DNA of 52,244 nucleotides from an uncultured Pseudomonadota bacterium. GTDB lineage: Bacteria > Babelota > Babeliae > Babelales > JAUPTZ01. Below are positions 37,389 to 45,919 of this stretch, in pieces. Position 1 is the stretch's first letter, and every line of letters starts with the position of its first letter. Made by a program: the position numbers and the translations under genes. The stretch covers positions 124,001-176,244 of the forward strand of contig CAYSBJ010000002.1 of NCBI GenBank assembly GCA_964429275.1, written 5' to 3'. The notes below the pieces were generated by a model. That model did no database searches and was not told where the DNA came from. It was given only the letters and a program-made list of their open reading frames with translations.

Positions 37389-39515
37389 TTAAATTAGACG
37401 GCCGCGTTCAATACCTTGTTCTTTGAGGAATTGGTCGGCAAAATCTAGAATTTCAGGGTCAAAACCTTGTTGGCGCGCTAAGTCGATGGCGATAACTTGG
37501 TGCGCACGGCCTGGTTCTAACTTGAATGGATGTGTGAAGCTTCCGTCCGTGTTTCTTATCACAGATACGTGATAATTCATGTAAAACCCATTGGTATTTT
37601 GTGGCAGTGTCGTCAATTTTACAAAGTGAGTCGCCATGATTGGCATGCAATTTGGGTATTTTGATAAGCCGTAGCAAATGCCAAGGGTAGCCGCTTCGCC
37701 CTCAGTTGGCGCAGTACTGCTTAATAATTCGTCTGCAACGATGAAGGCAAATTGGTCTTTTGGTAAGGCGACTGTTTCTTGGACGATATACTTAATGCGG
37801 TCTTCTTCTGCTTGAAACAATGAACGGCCTTCAGCGATATTATCTACCGGGTTCAGATAAGTCAGCATCTTGCTCATTGGGGTTAGAAGGGCATTTCGTG
37901 CTGGTGCAATACCAAGCGATTGGCTGAGTAGAAGGCAGAGCGCAATGGAACGAATATTCATCGACTTCCCAGAGGCGTTTGGGCCGGTAACAATCATGCC
38001 TTGATGGCCATTCTCTCCGAGCACAATACTGTTGAGGACGGACTTGTCTGCCGGTATCAGTGGATGAGAATAATCTGCCAAGTTTAGATAGGGGGTGGCC
38101 ATAGTGGCATAACGAGCAAAGCACCATGGTGTTGGTGATGCATTCTTTTCATCGATAAGAGTGCCAATGCTCAAGTAGGCTTCAAGAGCACCCAGCGTTT
38201 TGAACAATGGGCGGAAGTTGTTTCGTATACGTAAGAATTGCGGTACCGCTTGCAAAACTTTACCAACGTTGGCTAAGTAGTAACTATTCGAGGTAAAAGT
38301 ACTGCTTGAGATGGTAGCAAAAAACTTCTTAAGCTTTGCATTTTCTCCGTTTGCAAAAGCGGCAAGATCAGAAAAGCCTTCAAGGTTGTCGCAGAGGAAT
38401 TGCTCTTCTTGAATCGTTTTGTGGATATCAAGAACAATACGTCGCCATTGAACGAAAACAGCAAAGCGAGTGCGTAGATAGGTGACGAATGCCTTATATG
38501 CTTGTACGCTTTTCCACCAGGTTGGTATGTTTGCTGCTATTGGCACCAGTATCGCGAACGCGGAGAGAGTCATGAGTGCATTTATCTGATTAAGTTCTTT
38601 TTTGCCGCGCACGAAGTCGGGGATAGAGGCTATTTGACATAGAAGGTCGTAAGTCACCGGTTTCCATGGACCAACGCCAGCGAAGACTTTTATTTTTTCG
38701 CCATTGGGGAGTGTAATATAATGACCATCCCTAAAACGTTTTTGTGCTTCTGAAAAAGGGATCTCAGCTACTTTATGGACCCCGTAGGGAACCAATATTT
38801 GCGTAATGAGCCCGAGGCCGACTTCTATTTTTGCTAGAGAAATGAGAGGTTTAATGTCATTCATGCGACGGTTAAATTCGAGCCATGCAGCATCACTGCT
38901 GTTACGATAGCGATTTTGATTACCCTTGTAGAATGTTTCCTGCGCAAACTTGCTGTAGATAAGGTCGTTATCGTTCCAAAGGCTATACATTTTCCCTTCA
39001 ATGCCGGCGAGTTCTTTAAAAAGCGTAGCTAGTTTTTTGCCTAATTGCGGACGTGCCATGAGATAGCGCGCAAGATTTTGGCGCCTTTCGAGTTCTTCCT
39101 GATTTGTTGAAGGCATAACTATCCACTTTGCTTGCGCCATTTTTCCGTTCAAAGAAGCGCCGCGATAAGTAGATTCCAGAATGGTATAGTCAGGGCGATC
39201 TATGTTGTAGAAAAAGAGGTTTAAGTCGGTAATAGATTTGGCATCAAGGCATGATGCTACCTCTTCAACATTTTTATCCCCCCCCAGAAATTGGAGGAGA
39301 ATGTTATGCATTTCATATGGAGAGAGTTTATATGCTGGGAATGAGACGCCATTTTTCCCTTTTTTTACTTCCTGAGTTGTGCGAACTGCGGGGAAGTTTT
39401 TGAGTATCTCTGCTCGCAGTAACTCATATGGCTGCGTATTTTGTCCCATAAGCGCCATGCTTAGTCCGCAGAAAAAGAGTGTCTTGGTAATAGTCTTTAA
39501 TGAGAAACGTTTCAT
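37389..39515 (-). CDS. MutS-related ATPase B
   Basis: GPNASGKSM, DNIAEGRSLFQAE, IVADELLSST, ATHF; signal peptide; two central hydrophobic segments. Confidence 0.9.
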   Translation of the reverse strand: MKRFSLKTITKTLFFCGLSMALMGQNTQPYELLRAEILKNFPAVRTTQEVKKGKNGVSFPAYKLSPYEMHNILLQFLGGDKNVEEVASCLDAKSITDLNLFFYNIDRPDYTILESTYRGASLNGKMAQAKWIVMPSTNQEELERRQNLARYLMARPQLGKKLATLFKELAGIEGKMYSLWNDNDLIYSKFAQETFYKGNQNRYRNSSDAAWLEFNRRMNDIKPLISLAKIEVGLGLITQILVPYGVHKVAEIPFSEAQKRFRDGHYITLPNGEKIKVFAGVGPWKPVTYDLLCQIASIPDFVRGKKELNQINALMTLSAFAILVPIAANIPTWWKSVQAYKAFVTYLRTRFAVFVQWRRIVLDIHKTIQEEQFLCDNLEGFSDLAAFANGENAKLKKFFATISSSTFTSNSYYLANVGKVLQAVPQFLRIRNNFRPLFKTLGALEAYLSIGTLIDEKNASPTPWCFARYATMATPYLNLADYSHPLIPADKSVLNSIVLGENGHQGMIVTGPNASGKSMNIRSIALCLLLSQSLGIAPARNALLTPMSKMLTYLNPVDNIAEGRSLFQAEEDRIKYIVQETVALPKDQFAFIVADELLSSTAPTEGEAATLGICYGLSKYPNCMPIMATHFVKLTTLPQNTNGFYMNYHVSVIRNTDGSFTHPFKLEPGRAHQVIAIDLARQQGFDPEILDFADQFLKEQGIERGRLI

Positions 39516-39517
39516 GG

Positions 39518-41776
39518 TTATTCCTTTGTCGGTACGTAGCGGTCAGGGTGATTAAGAACATCACGCATTTTTTGTGTCATAACAAGTGGTAGACCTATTT
39601 TTTCAAGGAGGTCAGGGGCGATTTGTTGTGTTGTCGATCCTTCGTAGAGGCCGTATGGATACACAAATTCACCGTTTTCATCTTTTTCTACGATAACTTT
39701 CATATTTTTATAGAGATCTTTTCTATTCTTCGCCAGCGTTGTAAGACCAGGAAAGTGCGAGGCGAGGAGCAAGAGGCTATTTGAGTACATGCCAAGTTTT
39801 TTGGCAATTGCAACAGCAAGTGCTTCCCCTTCTATGCGTTCGGTACCAGTACAAATTTCATCCAAGATGGTAAAGCTGAATTGATTGCGTGGCAGTGTAT
39901 TTACGGTGCTAAGCAGCTCTTGTGCCCGGGTGATTTCAGCGCGGAAGAGTGATTGTTGCTTGCTCACGTCATCAGTGATATTGAGGTAAGTGTTGATGGT
40001 ATGAAATGGCGTAAATGAGAACGAACGTGCCGGCGCTACACCAAAGACCTGGCCAAAGATGCAGCATAAAGCAATTGCTTTCATGTGTGTTGATTTACCA
40101 CCTGCGTTAACGCCGCTTATCATGATGCTGCTTGGGTTATTATTGGTTCCTATAGCGATCGAATTGGTGACAACCGTTTTTTCATTGACCACTGGGTGAT
40201 GGAAATCTGTTGCATTGATAACAGGGGTCGATTGATTTTCTAAGATTTCTACGAAACAGTATGGCGCGTGCGACTGCTTTCGTTCTCGAAGCAGCTTTGC
40301 TACGGAAAGGTAGGCGTCAAGGTGGCCAATGAGAATCATGCCATCACTTGCTTTTGCAATAACTTTTTTTGCCTCAAGAAGAGCGTTCGCAACGTCCCCC
40401 TTGCCAGAAAAAACAGTTTTAAGTGTTCCTGGCATGCCCCCATCGGCCGGTGGTACAAATTTATTCTTGTCAAGGCGACGAGCTAATTCTTCAAGTTCGA
40501 CTTCTGTAGTGTCAGCGTATCGTTCACTTTGTACCCTTAATTCGCTTACCATTTGTACGGCTGGCAAGCTGTTGATCGCTGCTAATGCACGGAAAAGTGC
40601 GTTAACCGAAGAAAGGCGCCGTTGAATGTACGCTGCGGTCTGCGCGTCGCGGCGTAGTTGCCCAAATACGCTGATGGTAACAAACGTCATGTACGCGCCA
40701 AAAATACCTATAGCGGTTGGTATAAATGCTTTAAGCGTTTTATAATTGCTGCGATTCTTCATCTCATTGATGGCTTGAGTTACCTGAGATTCAATTTGCT
40801 GATCAGTTTCATGAGATCCGCGAAACCGCCGGAGCATTTTCCGACTCCTGCGAGCTGCACTGGCACAAGAGCCATCAAAATCAGTAATGAACTTAATGGC
40901 AGCAACGTCAAGAATTGTTGCGCTGAGTGCGCCTACGGCAAAGGTGAACATAGATAGACCAGCTTGCAAGTTTAGGGCGCCGCTAATGGCTTTTGATGAT
41001 TGTAAGATTCCTACTGTATTGTAGGAATTGAGAATATGGTCTTGTCGCATGCTGTCAGTGGCGAGCATAAGACTAATGAGGCTTTCTTCCTCTTGTGCCA
41101 CTGCTTTGATGATGGCACAGAAATCTTCAAATACATTGTCATCTTCGACAAGTAAGCGAATAAATTTTTGTCGTGCTTTGATGATATCAGCGTTTGTTTC
41201 TGGGTCTAAAAGCATACGAGTATAGATAAGCTCACCGATTGTTGTTTCGGTGCGCTTCGTGGCGCCTACGACGGTTTTGTGCCCGATGCGGCTGCTGTTG
41301 GTGAACAACTCCAGATTTTCCCATACATTACGATTGGTAACGGCAGTGCGTGCAATAGGGTCCGCGTTTGCGTTAAAAAATTTGAGCTTGCCCAGTGAGT
41401 TGAATATGAGGTCCGCCCGATCAAGTTTTGGAAGCGAATAAGGGTTTTTGGCAAAAGCGGCCTTAAAGAATCCCCAGAGTTGCTGGAAGCCATTTTGTAA
41501 TGCAGGAGCCGGCTTTAATTTTTCCAACTCTTTCTTTGTCAGCATGCTGGTGTAGAGTTTTTCGATATCCTGGTAACGATTATCGATTACAATAGCCGGT
41601 TTTTTGCTCGCAGTGGCACTCTTTGGCTTGTTAGCTGTGGTTGGCTTTTTTGGAGTTGCTGTTTTGTTGATGGTTGTTTTTCGCGTTGTTTTCTTTGGTG
41701 CTACCGGCAACAGAAGGCCAGGCATCAAAAGACAAAACGCGCTCAGCAGAGCGCGACGGCAGGTATGATTAAACAT
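39518..41776 (-). CDS. MutS-related ATPase A
   Basis: GVNAGGKST, DDVSKQQSLFRAE, TILDEICTGT, ASHF; signal peptide followed by a K/T/P-rich linker; two central hydrophobic segments. Confidence 0.9.
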   Translation of the reverse strand: MFNHTCRRALLSAFCLLMPGLLLPVAPKKTTRKTTINKTATPKKPTTANKPKSATASKKPAIVIDNRYQDIEKLYTSMLTKKELEKLKPAPALQNGFQQLWGFFKAAFAKNPYSLPKLDRADLIFNSLGKLKFFNANADPIARTAVTNRNVWENLELFTNSSRIGHKTVVGATKRTETTIGELIYTRMLLDPETNADIIKARQKFIRLLVEDDNVFEDFCAIIKAVAQEEESLISLMLATDSMRQDHILNSYNTVGILQSSKAISGALNLQAGLSMFTFAVGALSATILDVAAIKFITDFDGSCASAARRSRKMLRRFRGSHETDQQIESQVTQAINEMKNRSNYKTLKAFIPTAIGIFGAYMTFVTISVFGQLRRDAQTAAYIQRRLSSVNALFRALAAINSLPAVQMVSELRVQSERYADTTEVELEELARRLDKNKFVPPADGGMPGTLKTVFSGKGDVANALLEAKKVIAKASDGMILIGHLDAYLSVAKLLRERKQSHAPYCFVEILENQSTPVINATDFHHPVVNEKTVVTNSIAIGTNNNPSSIMISGVNAGGKSTHMKAIALCCIFGQVFGVAPARSFSFTPFHTINTYLNITDDVSKQQSLFRAEITRAQELLSTVNTLPRNQFSFTILDEICTGTERIEGEALAVAIAKKLGMYSNSLLLLASHFPGLTTLAKNRKDLYKNMKVIVEKDENGEFVYPYGLYEGSTTQQIAPDLLEKIGLPLVMTQKMRDVLNHPDRYVPTKE

Positions 41777-41813
41777 TTAAATTCCCTATAAAATGTAGCT
41801 ATAATCGACTTTT

Positions 41814-41842
41814 AGTGTAGGGGATTTTGCTTCAATTGGCAA
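41814..41842 (-). promoter_or_regulatory. Putative sigma70 promoter of the MutS-like operon
   Basis: TTGCCA-N17-TACACT on the minus strand, 37 nt upstream of the ATG at 41776. Confidence 0.55.
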
Positions 41843-41849
41843 ATCAGGG

Positions 41850-42368
41850 TTACTTGCGGCGAGTTTTGGTGATCGATCGGCGGCGGGCTCCATACCAGGC
41901 TCGCATGAGCATTTCATAGGGGCCGTAGTCAAGGGCAATATGGCTTATGGCCCCCACTACAAAGTAGATATAGAGGTCTAGGGCATATGCGGTGTACTCC
42001 GGACAATAGACGTATACGAGGAGCGGGCCAATGAGGGGACCCCCTAGAATAAACCAAAAGTTATGGGTAATGCCGCGATGGGGCAAAAGAGGGGGAATAA
42101 TGGCCAATGCACTCAGTAAAATGCTAAAAACGATATGCTTGGCCAGGAGGGCGGCTACGAGCAGCGGAATAACCAAGGCATACAACAGCTGTTGCCCTTT
42201 ACTCTTGATATCAATGTCAGGGAAAAGGCCCCCGAGCAGCCCTGCGACAAGGCGCGCAAGGTTTGCAAAGCAGAACCAGGCCCAAAAGGGGGTTTTGGCA
42301 TGAGTAGCGACAATAAGAAGGAGTGCTGTACTGACGGCAGCGCTGCTGTGGGTTTTGTATCCTGGCAT
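41850..42368 (-). CDS. Membrane-bound metal-dependent hydrolase (YdjM-like)
   Basis: MPGYKTH, FPDIDIKS, HRGITH and SHIALD. Start at 42368 (ORF track 42470). Confidence 0.88.
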   Translation of the reverse strand: MPGYKTHSSAAVSTALLLIVATHAKTPFWAWFCFANLARLVAGLLGGLFPDIDIKSKGQQLLYALVIPLLVAALLAKHIVFSILLSALAIIPPLLPHRGITHNFWFILGGPLIGPLLVYVYCPEYTAYALDLYIYFVVGAISHIALDYGPYEMLMRAWYGARRRSITKTRRK

Positions 42369-42390
42369 GGTGGGTGCGGTGTGGACGAGG

Positions 42391-42918
42391 CTAGAACAGC
42401 GATGTTTGCTTAGGCGGCAGGGGGTCTTTGGTCGCACGAGACTGTGGCCAAAAGCTGCGAGGTATGGCACCGCGCCAGAGCTTTTCGAACTCTTCTGATG
42501 GCTTTATTTTTTGATCAAGGCCAGCATTTGCAAGGGCGTCTGCTTCAGTATTGTACTCACGGCGAACGTGGGTAATAACACAAGGAACAAATGCTTTGAG
42601 TTTATTAGCTAGCTGATTCCAGTGAATGAGCAACGGGTCTTTGACTCTATACTCTCGGTTCATTTGCTTAACCACGAGCAATGAGTCGGCATGGATATGG
42701 ACCGGGCCTTTCCAGCCTTTTTGTAAAATGATCTGCAGCGCGAGGACCAGCGCGGCGTACTCAGCGACATTATTGGTGTAGCGGTAGAATGAGTACCCGA
42801 CGGCAAAGAATGGTTCTTCTTTGTTATTGATGTAGGCAAAGGCGCCCAGGCCAGCAGGACCGGGGTTTCCACGGCTTGCGCCATCAATAAAAACGTTCAA
42901 GGTCTGTTGTGTGGTCAT
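42391..42918 (-). CDS. rnhA: Ribonuclease HI
   Basis: FIDGASRGNPGPAG, TNNVAEY, DSLLVVKQM and HVRREYNTEADALAN. Confidence 0.93.
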   Translation of the reverse strand: MTTQQTLNVFIDGASRGNPGPAGLGAFAYINNKEEPFFAVGYSFYRYTNNVAEYAALVLALQIILQKGWKGPVHIHADSLLVVKQMNREYRVKDPLLIHWNQLANKLKAFVPCVITHVRREYNTEADALANAGLDQKIKPSEEFEKLWRGAIPRSFWPQSRATKDPLPPKQTSLF

Positions 42919-42920
42919 GA

Positions 42921-43652
42921 TTATTTTCCGGAAAGGGTGGCGGTGGTGGCGTCAGGAACATAGAGAAAGCGGTAACAACTGCGGCAGCGGATGACGGCCC
43001 GAGTACTCAGGCCCATTATTTCTTGCCCGAGAAGATTGGTAAAGCAGGCACTACACGTGTTATCAGCAATGGGAACGGCTGGGTTTGCCACTCGTTCTTT
43101 CATTTGTAAGTATTCTTTGCGCAATTCTGCAGGAACTTGGGGGAGGAGCGTATTCCATTCTTGTTCAAGTGCCGCGATATTTGCTTGGCATTCTTGGCAT
43201 TTTATCTCGCTGCAGCGGCGGAGGCTTTCGATTGCTTCGCCAGAGAGAGAGACCTCACTTTTGAGCTTTTCAAGTGTGGCTTTTACCAGCTCTTGTTGTT
43301 CAAGAGCGGTCATGGCCGCCGTTTCAACAGCGTCTATTTCTGCAGTTATTTTTTCTATTTCATGCTCGGTGGCGATTCGTTCCTTAGCGTTGACCATGCT
43401 TGCCAACTGATTTTCTTTGCGTTGGAGCTGAGTGCGTAGGTCTCGTACGGAGAGTTCACCTTGATCGATTTTTTTTTGAAAATCACGGATGGTGTGTTCG
43501 GCTTCTGTCAGTGTAGCAACTTTTTTTTGATGCGCTGTGTTGGCGCTGATCAAGAGGTCTTGTTCTTTTTTTGCGGCTTTACGCAGTTGATTGATCTCGT
43601 GATCAATGACAACCATTTTTTTTAATTCATTCCAAACAAAGGCGGTTGTCAT
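42921..43652 (-). CDS. Coiled-coil protein with a C4 zinc ribbon (DUF164/CT398-like)
   Basis: Long coiled coil followed by CSAC...CRSCYRFLY. Confidence 0.88.
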   Translation of the reverse strand: MTTAFVWNELKKMVVIDHEINQLRKAAKKEQDLLISANTAHQKKVATLTEAEHTIRDFQKKIDQGELSVRDLRTQLQRKENQLASMVNAKERIATEHEIEKITAEIDAVETAAMTALEQQELVKATLEKLKSEVSLSGEAIESLRRCSEIKCQECQANIAALEQEWNTLLPQVPAELRKEYLQMKERVANPAVPIADNTCSACFTNLLGQEIMGLSTRAVIRCRSCYRFLYVPDATTATLSGK

Positions 43653-43770
43653 ACACTACTCCTTTAATGATTATGCGTATCGGCTGCTATTTTTCGTTTA
43701 ACTTCATTTGTCTGCGGCGCAGTTAGCTGTAGCTTTTTGTGCAACTTTGTAATGTTGTAAAAGCGAAAAA

Positions 43771-43847
43771 TGGTGGGCCCACCAGGGCTCGAACCTGGGA
43801 CCTTTCGGTTATGAGCCGACTGCTCTGACCGACTGAGCTATAGGCCC
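43771..43847 (-). tRNA. tRNA with CAU anticodon, most likely tRNA-Ile2 (lysidine-modified)
   Basis: GGGCCTATAGCTCAGTCGGTCAGAGCAGTCGG-CTCATAA-CCGAAAGGTCCCAGGTTCGAGCCCTGGTGGGCCCACCA. The acceptor stem is tRNA-Ile-like and CCA is encoded. Confidence 0.93.
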
Positions 43848-43868
43848 ACTAAAAACAAGATGGAGCGC

Positions 43869-43897
43869 ATTCTAGCGCACTCATTGCTGAATGTGAA
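43869..43897 (-). promoter_or_regulatory. tRNA promoter with a GC-rich discriminator
   Basis: TTCACA-N17-TAGAAT followed by GCGCTCC, about 20 nt upstream of the tRNA. Confidence 0.7.
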
Positions 43898-44173
43898 GGG
43901 TTAATCGTTATTTTACATCGTTTTTGCTGCGATACCTTATAAAACCATATTCCATGGCACCGCGAGGATGTCATGATCGGCCCAATAACAATCGGCGCCA
44001 GCATAGACAATGACGCCGGTCATCACTTTAAGTTTGCTTTCTTTGTATGTATCTTTAAAAGCCTTTATACCACGGGCTTCATATTTGCCTACATTACTTT
44101 TCATTTTTACTTCAATGGGATAAAGAGCATTTCCTTCAAGCGCTAGCGCACTCATTGCTGAATGTGAAGGGTT
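43872..44173. repeat. 31-bp perfect direct repeat (43872-43902 and 44143-44173)
   Basis: CTAGCGCACTCATTGCTGAATGTGAAGGGTT occurs twice, with starts 271 bp apart. Confidence 0.95.
43937..44155 (-). pseudogene. C-terminal fragment of an AAA_14/DUF4143-type protein
   Basis: LYPIEVKMKS...GIKAFK...GVIVYAG...ILAVPW resembles the PD-(D/E)xK-like C-terminus of DUF4143 proteins. Its apparent start (MSAL) comes from the repeat copy. Confidence 0.65.
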
Positions 44174-44178
44174 GCGTG

Positions 44179-44631
44179 CTATTTTTTTATAGGAAGACGG
44201 CTTGCCACTGAGGGTTTGTGAGCACTATCACTCGCATCAGGGCCCGAAGGGCTTTCTATTTCATTAAGGAGGCGGCGCGCTTCTATTTTGTCTCGTTCGA
44301 GCTTACGGTGCATTACAAAACTGCTGCCAGTAAACCGCTTAGTCAGTACTTTATTGCATAAAGTCATCGCTTTTGTCAGTAGTTCGAATCTTCGTTCGCT
44401 TGTTGTTCCGCCTTCTGAAGCCATTCCTATCAACCGTTTTGCCTCTACCAGTTTAGTCTTTTGTGAAGAAGCAGGATTTCCATATAAAACAGCTTTCTGG
44501 CGATGGCTAATTCGTTTTTCACCTGAAATTGGCGAGTCGTCGTGCGTTGATGCAGCATCAGCGCCATATGCGGTCGACAGACTCATGCCAGTGATGCTGG
44601 CAACAAGAAGCAATACATTGTTTACATTCAT
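44179..44631 (-). CDS. Hypothetical exported protein
   Basis: AAGGGGG RBS and a signal peptide ending STAYG-A. Confidence 0.75.
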   Translation of the reverse strand: MNVNNVLLLVASITGMSLSTAYGADAASTHDDSPISGEKRISHRQKAVLYGNPASSQKTKLVEAKRLIGMASEGGTTSERRFELLTKAMTLCNKVLTKRFTGSSFVMHRKLERDKIEARRLLNEIESPSGPDASDSAHKPSVASRLPIKK

Positions 44632-44653
44632 ATCATACCCCCCTTGTATTTGG

Positions 44654-45766
44654 TTAGATGCGCGCAGCGATGTAATGAATCAAGTCTTGCACGCCCTCTT
44701 TGCTGACGGCACTCGTGATAACATAGGGCTGGTAGTTGGTCAGCATATCACTCAGTTGTTCGCGGTCTTCTGCTGACAATCTATCGGATTTATTTATCGC
44801 ATATACGATTGGTACTTTAACGCCAAGGTCTTTGAGTGTGTCATTAACCGTTATGATCTGTTCTTGCCATGCTGGGTTGCTTATGTCAACTACATGGATG
44901 AGCATTTGCGCATACTTGAGCTCATCAAGCGTTGACTTAAATGCTTCGATAAGTTTATGCGAAAGTTCGCCAATAAAACCTACGGTATCCGAAATGAGTA
45001 CTTTTTTATGCGGGGCCAAATACAATTCGCGAGTAGTGGTATCAAGGGTTGCAAACAACTTATCTTCGACCAGTACGTTACTTTTAGTCATCATGTTGAG
45101 CATACTTGACTTGCCGGCGTTGGTGTAGCCGACTAAGCAAACGAGTGGAATGCCGACGCGCAACCGTTGCTTGCGCTGAGTTTCGCGCGATTGCGCTAAT
45201 TGTTTGAGGCGCTTACGTGATTGCACCAATTTGCCTTCGTAGTAGCGGCGTAAGTGTTCTTTCTGCGTTTCACCAGGTCCAACAGCACCGACAAAGCCTT
45301 CCTGTTGGGCCATTTCAAACCCACGGCCCGCAAGGCGAGTTTTGAGATATTCAAGCTCGGCCATTTCTACCTGAATCTTGCCTTCGGCGGTATGTGCTGC
45401 TTGCTTGAATATCTCCAAGATTAATTGGGTACGGTCAAACATCGTACAGCCCACCATTTCCTGGAGATTGCGCTCTTGGAGCGGTGAAAGTGGTGTTGAA
45501 ACGACAACATCAGTGATCTCATGTTCTTTTACCGCCTGAATGATTTCTTCCAACTTCCCTTTACTAAAGAATGTTGCTGGCTCGAAGTCACGTAAACGCA
45601 TGAATACTGTGTGCACTGGCTCGATCCCGGCCGTTTTGACCAGGCTTTGGAATTCTTCAAAGTAAGCAGTTTGGCTTTGTTTAACTCGTGATGTGTATAC
45701 GCCCAGCAACATAGTGCGATTATCATGTGCCGCGGTGTCTAATAGTTCTCGTCGTGCTTTTCCCAT
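44654..45766 (-). CDS. hflX: GTPase HflX
   Basis: DRTQLILEIF, GPGETQ, VGYTNAGKSS, LFATLDTT, DTVGFI and NKSD. ATG at 45766 after GAGGAG (ORF track 45778). Confidence 0.96.
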   Translation of the reverse strand: MGKARRELLDTAAHDNRTMLLGVYTSRVKQSQTAYFEEFQSLVKTAGIEPVHTVFMRLRDFEPATFFSKGKLEEIIQAVKEHEITDVVVSTPLSPLQERNLQEMVGCTMFDRTQLILEIFKQAAHTAEGKIQVEMAELEYLKTRLAGRGFEMAQQEGFVGAVGPGETQKEHLRRYYEGKLVQSRKRLKQLAQSRETQRKQRLRVGIPLVCLVGYTNAGKSSMLNMMTKSNVLVEDKLFATLDTTTRELYLAPHKKVLISDTVGFIGELSHKLIEAFKSTLDELKYAQMLIHVVDISNPAWQEQIITVNDTLKDLGVKVPIVYAINKSDRLSAEDREQLSDMLTNYQPYVITSAVSKEGVQDLIHYIAARI

Positions 45767-45919
45767 AGGGCTCCTCACACTGTATGAAATTTTATTAATT
45801 GCGGTGATTATACCAGAATAACTGCCTCTCCACTATACAAAAACGGCAGCTTTTGTATCCTGTTCGGTGCGTTGGCACTAGCAGTCACGTAAAAAAGTGT
45901 TTCAGAAGGGCGTATATTC

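Noticed and set aside
39278..39285. C8 tract (G8 on the coding strand) in MutS-like gene B as a phase-variation site
   Set aside because: The tract is short and currently in frame (LGGD), with no evidence of slippage.
29376..41776. Annotating the six genes as DNA mismatch repair mutS or mutS2
   Set aside because: No domain I FYE motif, no Smr domain, no mutL nearby, and all carry signal-peptide-like leaders and hydrophobic hairpins.
43771..43847. tRNA-Met or tRNA-fMet call
   Set aside because: It lacks the fMet C1:A72 mismatch and the three G-C anticodon-stem pairs, and the GGGCCTA acceptor stem resembles tRNA-Ile. Ile2 is favoured, though elongator Met is not fully excluded.
43872..44173. 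31-bp repeats as a CRISPR array
   Set aside because: Only two copies with 240 bp between them, no cas genes, and the repeat is a promoter sequence.
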